This document shows, in pieces, positions 8,602-16,310 of a stretch of DNA of 64,000 bases. A program made the translations under genes and the position numbers. The notes under the pieces are model-generated. The model did not search any database, was not told the DNA's origin, and worked only from the letters and a program-made list of their open reading frames with translations. Numbering within the stretch: the stretch's first letter is position 1; each line of letters begins with the position of its first letter. Source of the stretch: an uncultured Bifidobacterium sp. (lineage in GTDB: Bacteria > Verrucomicrobiota > Verrucomicrobiia > Limisphaerales > JADLHS01); assembly GCA_964594985.1 (NCBI GenBank), contig CAZQNQ010000018.1, positions 22,548 through 86,547 on the forward strand. Reading direction: 5' to 3'.

Positions 8602-8696
8602 TTGTGTTAACCCGGTTAGCTTAAAACCGATTTGTTTTAAGCAAAACTCGTTTTGCTTTACACAAGCGGCGGTTGTTGCAAGGCTGCTTAACACAA
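8602..8696 (+). other. A+T-rich leader with nested inverted repeats upstream of fic
   Basis: Outer inverted repeat TTGTGTTAA (8602-8610) / TTAACACAA (8688-8696). Hairpin GCTTAAAAC-cgattt-GTTTTAAGC (8619-8642). Overlapping hairpin AAGCAAAAC-tc-GTTTTGCTT (8639-8658). Function unknown. Confidence 0.5.
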
Positions 8697-8706
8697 GCAA
8701 AGCGAT

Positions 8707-9816
8707 ATGAAGCCATTTGAGCCAGAAGTCCTCCCGCCAAAAGACCTCGATTTGCTGGCGCTCATGCCGATAGTGGGCAAGGCCAATCGGGCTATTGCCA
8801 CGCTGGAAGGCCTGTTCTATGGCATTCCAAATCCGAACGTCCTGCTTTCACCCATCACCACGCAGGAAGCCGTGCTTTCTTCAAAAATTGAAGGCACGCA
8901 GGCAGACTTCGAGGACGTTTTAAAATTCGAGGCTGGTGAACCGCCGGATGATCCATCGCGTCGTGAAGACATTCACGAAATTATGAACTATCGGAAAGCA
9001 CTGCGGCTCTCCGAAAAACTTCTGCAAGACCGGCCCTTTTGTTTGAATGCTCTGCTCAAACTCCATGAAGTACTGATGGACAGTGTGCGCGGACACAATA
9101 AGGCGCGCGGTCGCTTTCGCACCAGCCAGAACTGGATTGGCAAACCGGGTAGCCCGATTGAAGAAGCCGTCTTTGTTCCGCCATCTCCGTTGCACTTGCA
9201 AGACCACTTGGGCCATTGGGAATCCTATTGGCATTCAGATGCGCCGGATGCCTTGGTTCAACTTGCCCTGGTTCATGCGCAATTTGAAATCATCCACCCG
9301 TTCATTGACGGCAATGGTCGGATCGGACGCATGGTCATTCCGCTCTTCTTGTTCGAGAAAAAGATTTTAAGCCGGCCCTGCTTTTATCTCTCCGCCTACT
9401 TTGAAGCTTATCGCGATGATTACATCGCCCGACTGCGGGAATTGGGCCAACCCGGCAGTTGGACCCGCTGGTGCGCTTTCTTCCTTGAAGGCGTGGCAGT
9501 GCAAGCCGAAGCCAACACCAACAAGGCCCGCGCCATTCAAGATCTCTACGAACGCCTTAAGAGTCAGGTCATCGAACTGACGCACTCACAATTTGCTGTG
9601 CCACTGCTGGATTTCTTGTTTGAGCGCCCGATCTTTCGCGCCAGTGACGTTACCAAGCTGGAACACATGCCTAGTGGGCCGATGGTGGCGAATTTACTCG
9701 GCAAACTGAAGCAAAACGGAATCCTGCACACGGTCCGCGAGGGGGCTGGACGACGACCCCAGGTTCTTGCCTTGGCCGAACTCATCAACCTTTGTGAAGG
9801 AAAGAAAGTATTGTGA
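8707..9816 (+). CDS. Fic family protein (AMPylase-type), with N-terminal inhibitory helix and C-terminal wHTH-like region
   Basis: Fic motif HPFIDGNGRIGR. Upstream SSKIEGT fits the [ST]xxxE[GN] auto-inhibition motif. G+C lower than the flanks. Confidence 0.9.
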   Translation: MKPFEPEVLPPKDLDLLALMPIVGKANRAIATLEGLFYGIPNPNVLLSPITTQEAVLSSKIEGTQADFEDVLKFEAGEPPDDPSRREDIHEIMNYRKALRLSEKLLQDRPFCLNALLKLHEVLMDSVRGHNKARGRFRTSQNWIGKPGSPIEEAVFVPPSPLHLQDHLGHWESYWHSDAPDALVQLALVHAQFEIIHPFIDGNGRIGRMVIPLFLFEKKILSRPCFYLSAYFEAYRDDYIARLRELGQPGSWTRWCAFFLEGVAVQAEANTNKARAIQDLYERLKSQVIELTHSQFAVPLLDFLFERPIFRASDVTKLEHMPSGPMVANLLGKLKQNGILHTVREGAGRRPQVLALAELINLCEGKKVL

Positions 9817-9866
9817 TGACGAGGCAATGCGTTGACGTGATGCCTCCTCATAAGCACGCTTTGAAC

Positions 9867-11105
9867 ATGAAAGTCATATTCATTTCTACGCTTCTCGTCG
9901 CTGTTTCCGCACAGGCGCAATTGCCGACGGCTTCGCCCAAGGCGGCGGGATTTGATCCGGCACGGTTGGAGGTGTTGCACGCGACGACGAAGCGGTTCGT
10001 GGCCGAAGGCCAGCACGCGGGGCTCATCACGTTGCTGGCGCGCGACGGGAAGATCGTGGATTTCCAGACCTACGGTTATCGTGATGTGGAGCGGCAGTTG
10101 CCGATGGAGCGCGACACGATTTGCCGCGCGTATTCGATGTCCAAGCTCATCACGTGCGTCGCCACGTTGATGCTGGTCGAGGACGGGCGGTTGAATCTGG
10201 ATGATCCGGTGGCGAAGTATCTGCCGGAGTTCAAGGACGTGAAGGTCTGGACCGGCGGCACGGCGGACGCGCCGCAACTCGAACCGCTCAAGCGGCCCAT
10301 CACCATCAAGCATTTGCTGACGCACACGAGTGGACTGGTCTATGACTTCTCCACCGGCAATCCGGAGATGGCGAAGTTGTGGCGGAACGCGGATTTGTGG
10401 ATCGGACCAGGGTTGACCAATTTCATCACGAAGCTCGCCAAATTGCCGCTTCAGCACCAGCCGGGCGACGCGTGGACGTATGGCGTGAATCAGGACGTGC
10501 AAGGCGCGGTAATCGAGCGCGTGACGGGCCAGACGTTCGGCGCGTTTCTGGAGGAGCGGATTTTTCGCCCGCTCGGCATGAAGGACACCGGTTTCGATGT
10601 GCCGCCGGAAAAGATGAATCGCCTCGCGAAGACTTACAAGCACGGGCCGGACGGGAAGTTTGTGGAGGATCAACCCATCGTCGAGACATGGCCGGAGGCG
10701 GGACGCGGCATTGAAGCGGGTGGCGCGGGAATCTTTTCCACGGCGGGAGATTTCGCGCGGTTCGCGCAAATGCTCTGCAACGGCGGTACACTCGACGGCA
10801 AACGCATCCTTGGTCGTAAGACCGTCGAGTTGATGACGGCGAATCATCTGGTGACATTGCCGAACAATCAGGCGGCGACGCGCCAGAAAGGTTTTGGTCT
10901 TGGTGTGGAAGTGACGACCGATCTCGGCCAACTCTCGATGCCGTCGTCAGTCGGGCAATTCGGCTGGTATGGCGCGGCGACGACGTATTGCCAGATTGAT
11001 CCGAAGGAACGGCTCGTGGCCATCGCGTTCGCGCAACACTTCCCGTTCAACGAACACAATTTCTTCGCAGTGTTCCAGACGGGATATTATCAGGCGTTGA
11101 AGTGA
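9867..11105 (+). CDS. Secreted serine hydrolase, beta-lactamase (class C/PBP4*-like) family
   Basis: Signal peptide MKVIFISTLLVAVSAQAQ (ATG 9867 preferred over track start 9813). SxxK motif in RAYSMSKLITCVATLML; HLLTHTSGL. Confidence 0.85.
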   Translation: MKVIFISTLLVAVSAQAQLPTASPKAAGFDPARLEVLHATTKRFVAEGQHAGLITLLARDGKIVDFQTYGYRDVERQLPMERDTICRAYSMSKLITCVATLMLVEDGRLNLDDPVAKYLPEFKDVKVWTGGTADAPQLEPLKRPITIKHLLTHTSGLVYDFSTGNPEMAKLWRNADLWIGPGLTNFITKLAKLPLQHQPGDAWTYGVNQDVQGAVIERVTGQTFGAFLEERIFRPLGMKDTGFDVPPEKMNRLAKTYKHGPDGKFVEDQPIVETWPEAGRGIEAGGAGIFSTAGDFARFAQMLCNGGTLDGKRILGRKTVELMTANHLVTLPNNQAATRQKGFGLGVEVTTDLGQLSMPSSVGQFGWYGAATTYCQIDPKERLVAIAFAQHFPFNEHNFFAVFQTGYYQALK

Positions 11106-11180
11106 CGTGCTGATTGGCCGACGCGGCAGTTCATTTCGCACCGGCAGCGTTGGCCAACTCTGTGACTCCGCCGTAAGAAT

Positions 11181-12461
11181 TTATTTCCCGGTGCCGCTGG
11201 GGGCCACTTCGCTCGCCAGACAGGCTTCCACCCGCTGCCAGGCGATCGGGGAACTCAAAATGCCGGTGTGATCAAAGTGCAATCCCAGCACGCTGCTGGC
11301 CCGTTTCTGGATCGGGATCAAGAGCTGGCTTTCCAGGCTCACGACGCCGTCGTTCTCATCCGGCAGCCCGAACCCACCCGAACTCTTGTAGCTGAAAATC
11401 AGATCGTAGCGGGTGGATTTCGGCCAGGGCTGGGACACCAAGCTTTGTTGATAAGGACTGCCGACCACCATGTCCTTCCAGGAAGGCGCGGGGTAACGGA
11501 GATGCTCCGCGCCCTTGGCCGCCGCCTCGTGGCCACCCCACGGACTGGAGATGGAAATAAAATGCGTGACGAAAGTCCCCTGCCCTTCGGCCACGCCCGG
11601 CAGACGTTGGATTGCGCCACATGACACCAGTCCGCCCATGCTGTGCGCCACGACGCAGAGGCGCGGGAAGCCGTGGCGTTTTTGCAGAACAGTCATCCCG
11701 GTCGCCAAGGCGTTGGCGGATTTATCCAAGGCAATGCCGCTGGGATAATAGAAGAGCCAGGGTTGATATTTTGTCCGATCAAGCGCGCCGAGCAGCGGCT
11801 TCCAATCCTGGAACGAGCCAGCCATCCCGTACACAAACACCACGGGAATTTTTTCCGGCTGATACGGTTCAAGGAAATAAATGCCCATGCCATTGCGTTG
11901 CAGAAATTCGTACGGCTTCCACAATCCCATCTCGCCGTTCGTGGCGCTGAAACGCGGGTCTTCGAGCTGGATGACTTCACCCAGCGCCACTGGCAGGGCC
12001 TCGCCCAGATCCGGGTTCTCCGCCGGCAGCACAAAACTTTGGCCGCGCGGCAGACCATTCGTCGCGGACAGCCGCAAGCGGAGGCCTTCGCTGCGGGCCT
12101 TGTCGCTCAGCGGCGTGGGGCGGACATTTCGGATGAGGTCCACCGGTTCGCCGCCGTCGTATTGCTGGTTGTCATTCAGATCGGTGAACGCCCCGACCGC
12201 GTAGTCCCGATCCTGTCGCAACAGGAAGACCGCCACTCCTTCAGTCCCCACTGGCTGGAAGCCGATCATTTCATTCGTGCCCCCCACGGCGGTCAAGGCC
12301 AGCGCATACGTCGGCGCGGTGGCGGGCGGCATGGTCACCTGCACGTGAATCACACCGTGCGCCTCGATCTGTTTCACGTTTTGTTTAAGCCCGATCAGCG
12401 CACAGGAGGAAGTCAGCAGACCGCCTGTGAGCAGGACGAAAAGTTGCCGCAATGGTTTCAT
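11181..12461 (-). CDS. Alpha/beta-hydrolase (lipase/esterase-like) lipoprotein
   Basis: Lipobox LLTSSC. IPVVFVYGMAGSFQDWKPLL...YQPWLFYYPSG...LCVVAHSMGGLV (GxSxG nucleophile elbow). Paralogous core to 16307-18223. Confidence 0.7.
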   Translation of the reverse strand: MKPLRQLFVLLTGGLLTSSCALIGLKQNVKQIEAHGVIHVQVTMPPATAPTYALALTAVGGTNEMIGFQPVGTEGVAVFLLRQDRDYAVGAFTDLNDNQQYDGGEPVDLIRNVRPTPLSDKARSEGLRLRLSATNGLPRGQSFVLPAENPDLGEALPVALGEVIQLEDPRFSATNGEMGLWKPYEFLQRNGMGIYFLEPYQPEKIPVVFVYGMAGSFQDWKPLLGALDRTKYQPWLFYYPSGIALDKSANALATGMTVLQKRHGFPRLCVVAHSMGGLVSCGAIQRLPGVAEGQGTFVTHFISISSPWGGHEAAAKGAEHLRYPAPSWKDMVVGSPYQQSLVSQPWPKSTRYDLIFSYKSSGGFGLPDENDGVVSLESQLLIPIQKRASSVLGLHFDHTGILSSPIAWQRVEACLASEVAPSGTGK

Positions 12462-12482
12462 AAATTTGCAAGCGGTCAGAAT

Positions 12483-15023
12483 TCAACGCCGCCGGCCCCC
12501 GCCCCCGCCGCGCATGCCGCCGCCTTGAAAAGCCGGGCGACTGTTCTGAAAACTCTGCTGCCGTTGCGCGCCCATCTGGCGGGCGCGATTCTCATTGTCC
12601 AACGACTGCCGTTGCTGCGGCGTGACGTTGGACTGTTGCCACTGCTGCGGCTGGGCGGCGGTTTGCGGCTGCGTGACCGGACGAGTGCTGGGTTGCGGTT
12701 GCGTGACTGGTCGGGCGCTGGGTTGTGGCTGTGCAGCCGGGCGGGCGTTAGGGACGTTGCCACCACTGCCCGGGCGCGCGACCTGTTGCCAACCGCCGCT
12801 GCCGTCCGGGCGATAATAATTTCCGTCCTTGCCGGCGATGATGTGGCCGTTCACGTTGACCACCCCGCCTTGCTCGCCCCGCACGCCGCCGATCTGCGTG
12901 GTGTTGCCGGTGTTCGGATTGTAAACCGTCGCGCGGCCGGCGCTGCCTTGATTGCCGGTGGCTTCGTTGCCCCAGGTGACCTTGCCTCCGACGGCGGCGG
13001 CCCCGGTCTTCTCATTGTAAGCCGCCCCGCGCCCGCCATAGGCGTAGTTGCCCGTGTAAACATTTTCCACCGCGCTGCGTTGGCCGACGACGCGCGTGCC
13101 GGTGGTGGAATTGTACGCGCGCCCGTACTTGGTGGCCCATTGATTGCCGGTCCACGCGTTGTAACCCGCCGCGCCCCGCGACACGCCGGTCCACGCGCCG
13201 TTCTGATGGTAGATGTAGCCGGACGTCCCCGCCCAGCCATACGGCCCCCAAGCCGTGACCCCGCCGTACGCGTTGTAGTAAGCGCCGTAACAGGAATACC
13301 AATACGGCCCCCAATACGGGGCCGGCGGACAATAGCACCACCAATAGTAATCATCGTAACTTGACCAACACACCGAGTAGCCGAACGCCCACCCGGCCCA
13401 CGGCGTCCAGCAGGGATTGCAGCCATACCCGTACGAAATCGGGTAGGCCACATAGGTCGTCGCGCCGACATACGCCGGATAATAATAGCCCGTGCCGTAA
13501 ACCACCGTGCCATCCGAGCCGACCATGGCCCCGTAATAACCCGGCGTTGTGCCGACCCAGACGAAGTCTTCATCAAAATTGTAGATGCGAACGTAGGTCA
13601 CATAGTGCAGCGGCGCGCTCGGCGGGATGGAATAGATCGCCGCCGGCACATTCGTCGCCACCGCCCACGGACCGGTGGCCGCGCCCGCCACCCACCACAC
13701 GCCGCTTTGACAGGCATACCAGGCGTCGCCGTCCATTTTGATCACGGGCGTCGCACAATTGACCACGTAATGCAAGGGCGTGTCGGCAATCGGCTGCAAC
13801 TGCGGGTTGCCATCGTAAGTCGGTACCGGCTCGAGTTTCGCGTTCTTGCGATCCACCTTGATCGTGTGCGGGATGTTGTTGGCGATGAGGGCTTCCTGCG
13901 CCTGCTCCGTGTCGGGCACGGACGCCTTCACGTTTTCCTTGGGACTGTCATCCGGGATGGCGGCAAAATCCTTGGGCAACTGTCCGGCGGGCACAAATTC
14001 CCACGGGCCCGCAAACGTCCCGGCCCGGAACCAACGCCCCGAGATCAGCACGTAATTCTTCTGATCCCCCAACGCTTTGAAGACCTGCGCCGCCGTGTTG
14101 GTGGCGTAGAGCAGTTGGGTCGGCGGCAGCGGCGCCCATTGCGGCTCGCCCTGCAACACGATCAACTCCGTCGGCGTCGTGGTGATCAGCAACTCCGGCA
14201 CCGGCGTGGTCTTGAGCGACGGCTTTTGTTTCGTGTCGGGATGCTCCTGTCCGGCGAGCAGGTCCACTTGTTTGGCATCCACGGCCAGCCGTTGGGCGGT
14301 GCGCAAGGCCACGGGAACATTCGTCACCACAGTCCACGGCCCGGCGAGGGTTGGGGCGGTCACATAACCATCGAACAGGTGCAGGTAAAATGGACCGGAC
14401 TTCTGCCGGACGATAAGGGCGCGGGTGTTGAACATCCGCTCGAAGTCCGTGCCCGGCACGGGCCGATAAACGGGTTGCCCTTCCACCGGCACCAACATCG
14501 CCGGCTTGGTGCGGAACAAAATCACCGGCGGCTCGTTCCGCAACGGTTGCCCGGCGGATTTCTGGCGCGCTTCCAGAATGGCGAGACTCGCTTCGAGCCG
14601 GTCGAGCGCGATGCTCCGCACTTCGGTCGGCAGCAACGAGCGCAGCGTTGCCAGGTATTTTTCCGCCGGCGCGTCGTCCGAGGGAAAGTCCGCTGACGTG
14701 ATTTCCAGCCGCTCAAACAAGACCTCGCGCTCGGCGCGATCCACCTGCGTCTGCGCCGTGAACCGGATCGTGCCAAACGTGGCCTGCCGCGCGCCGACCG
14801 GCTGGATGGCGACGGCGGAAATGGCCTTGAATGTGAAGTAATCCCAGGACTCCAACTGCGGTTGGTAAATCGTGTTGGTCACGTCATCCCGCACGATGAC
14901 CCGCGGCCATTCCAGCGGCACGGCTTCCTCGGATTGACCGAAGGCATTTCCGCCAGAGCCCGGCACCAAGGCCAGACTCAACCAGCCGGCAAGTTTGAGG
15001 TGGAGGTGAAATCGGTTTTTCAT
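12483..15023 (-). CDS. Large secreted protein with Tyr/Trp/Gly/Cys-rich low-complexity region and PQ-repeat, Arg/Gly tail; function unknown
   Basis: Signal peptide MKNRFHLHLKLAGWLSLALVPGSGGNAFG. Central YYYPAYVGATTYVAYPISYGYGCNPCWTPWAGWAFGYSVCWSSYDDYYWWCYCPPAPYWGPYWYSCYGAYYNAYGG. Repeated G-x-N/T-x-W/Y-TG motifs. C-terminal ARPAAQPQPSARPVTQPQPSTRPVTQPQT...GGGMRGGGGGRRR. Confidence 0.7.
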   Translation of the reverse strand: MKNRFHLHLKLAGWLSLALVPGSGGNAFGQSEEAVPLEWPRVIVRDDVTNTIYQPQLESWDYFTFKAISAVAIQPVGARQATFGTIRFTAQTQVDRAEREVLFERLEITSADFPSDDAPAEKYLATLRSLLPTEVRSIALDRLEASLAILEARQKSAGQPLRNEPPVILFRTKPAMLVPVEGQPVYRPVPGTDFERMFNTRALIVRQKSGPFYLHLFDGYVTAPTLAGPWTVVTNVPVALRTAQRLAVDAKQVDLLAGQEHPDTKQKPSLKTTPVPELLITTTPTELIVLQGEPQWAPLPPTQLLYATNTAAQVFKALGDQKNYVLISGRWFRAGTFAGPWEFVPAGQLPKDFAAIPDDSPKENVKASVPDTEQAQEALIANNIPHTIKVDRKNAKLEPVPTYDGNPQLQPIADTPLHYVVNCATPVIKMDGDAWYACQSGVWWVAGAATGPWAVATNVPAAIYSIPPSAPLHYVTYVRIYNFDEDFVWVGTTPGYYGAMVGSDGTVVYGTGYYYPAYVGATTYVAYPISYGYGCNPCWTPWAGWAFGYSVCWSSYDDYYWWCYCPPAPYWGPYWYSCYGAYYNAYGGVTAWGPYGWAGTSGYIYHQNGAWTGVSRGAAGYNAWTGNQWATKYGRAYNSTTGTRVVGQRSAVENVYTGNYAYGGRGAAYNEKTGAAAVGGKVTWGNEATGNQGSAGRATVYNPNTGNTTQIGGVRGEQGGVVNVNGHIIAGKDGNYYRPDGSGGWQQVARPGSGGNVPNARPAAQPQPSARPVTQPQPSTRPVTQPQTAAQPQQWQQSNVTPQQRQSLDNENRARQMGAQRQQSFQNSRPAFQGGGMRGGGGGRRR
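12660..12749 (-). repeat. 3 x 30-bp tandem repeat inside the CDS (encodes RPxxQPQPSx units)
   Basis: ggtttgcggctgcgtgaccggacgagtgct / gggttgcggttgcgtgactggtcgggcgct / gggttgtggctgtgcagccgggcgggcgtt. Confidence 0.8.
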
Positions 15024-15068
15024 ATTGGCTTCCTTTCCTTGGATGGGATGGTTGAGGCGATTAAGATT

Positions 15069-16310
15069 TCAGGGGCGGAACCACGCGCTGCCGAATTGGA
15101 TATAGATCGCAACGTCGTCCGGGCCGACCGCGACGTCCAGCCCCATGTGCAAACCGTGCTTGCGCGCAATCTCGTAACGAAAACCCACGCCGCCCGTCAC
15201 CACGGTGCGTTCGCTCTCGAAGCGCTCAAAATCATTCCAAGCGACGCCCGCGCCGGCAAAGCCGATCAGACTGAAGCGGCCCCAGCATTGCCAGCGCAGT
15301 TCGAGTTCCGCATCGGCCGCGTGTTCACCGACGTAGCGCCGCACCGCCGCACCGCGCAGATGGACATACGGCCGCGTGTAGAACGGGACGTCATCGAAAC
15401 TGAAAAAGCCCTCGGTCTTCAGGCTCAGCGTCAGTTCTTCCGCCAGCGGATGATAATAGAGCAGCGTCAGGCTGGCGGTTTCGTAATTGAAATCGCTGCC
15501 CACCACTTCGTTGAACACCCCGCCTCCGACTTCGGCATAAATCCCCTTCGTGGGCGTGAAGAGATTGTTGCGGGAATCGTAGATGAGCTTCGGCGTCAGT
15601 CCGGCGAGGAAGGAGTCCATTTCCGGCGGCGTCACCCCGGGCGGCAGGCTGCCGGCATCAAAGCTGACGTTGGCATCGCCAAAAATATAGCCCACCCCGA
15701 CACGCCAGGGAGATTGGCCGAGCCGATAGCGCCCCTCCACGTTGGCGCCCGTGAGTTCGATGTTGTAGCCCAGCGGATTGGCGGCCTGCCCGGTGTCGCC
15801 AATGCCATAGAAATCCAGATTGATGGAGCCGGTCATCAGCCCGACCTGCGTCTCGAACTGGCCCTCCTGCCAGTTGCCGATGTGCCCGGCCAGCAACGCC
15901 CAGGAACCGTTCTCCGTCGCCATGCCCCCGGCCACCGTCATGTTCGGCTTGCGATAACTCCCATCGGGGTTGGGTTCCCCGCGATCAATGAAAATCAATC
16001 CGAGGGTGCCGCCATAACCGACCGCCGGCTCCGTGATGGGCATGAAGATCGGCACGAAGCCATAGATCGTGTCCAGAAATTCGCCCACATCCAGCATGCC
16101 ATCCTCCCGATCGAAAAGACTCGGGGCGGGGGCATTGGTGGCGGTGGAAGGGATCTGGTTAGTAGCGCCCGGTGAAACGGCGTCTGCTGTTGCCCGGTTC
16201 GTTTGCGCCCAAGCCGATTGCGCCGCACCCAACAATAGAACCATCAGCGCAATCCCAAGTCCGCGGGCGAGGAACTCCAGCGATAACCGGTAATGCTGCG
16301 GGCACGTCAT
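15069..16310 (-). CDS. Omp85-superfamily outer-membrane beta-barrel (surface-antigen/BamA-like barrel) without recognisable POTRA domains
   Basis: Signal peptide ...LLLGAAQSAWAQ. Barrel motifs YDSRNNLFTPTKGIY, VPFYTRPYVHLRG, GGVGFRYEIARKHGLHMGLDVA; C-terminal aromatic FGSAWFRP. Only about 60 aa lie between the signal peptide and the barrel. Confidence 0.75.
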   Translation of the reverse strand: MTCPQHYRLSLEFLARGLGIALMVLLLGAAQSAWAQTNRATADAVSPGATNQIPSTATNAPAPSLFDREDGMLDVGEFLDTIYGFVPIFMPITEPAVGYGGTLGLIFIDRGEPNPDGSYRKPNMTVAGGMATENGSWALLAGHIGNWQEGQFETQVGLMTGSINLDFYGIGDTGQAANPLGYNIELTGANVEGRYRLGQSPWRVGVGYIFGDANVSFDAGSLPPGVTPPEMDSFLAGLTPKLIYDSRNNLFTPTKGIYAEVGGGVFNEVVGSDFNYETASLTLLYYHPLAEELTLSLKTEGFFSFDDVPFYTRPYVHLRGAAVRRYVGEHAADAELELRWQCWGRFSLIGFAGAGVAWNDFERFESERTVVTGGVGFRYEIARKHGLHMGLDVAVGPDDVAIYIQFGSAWFRP

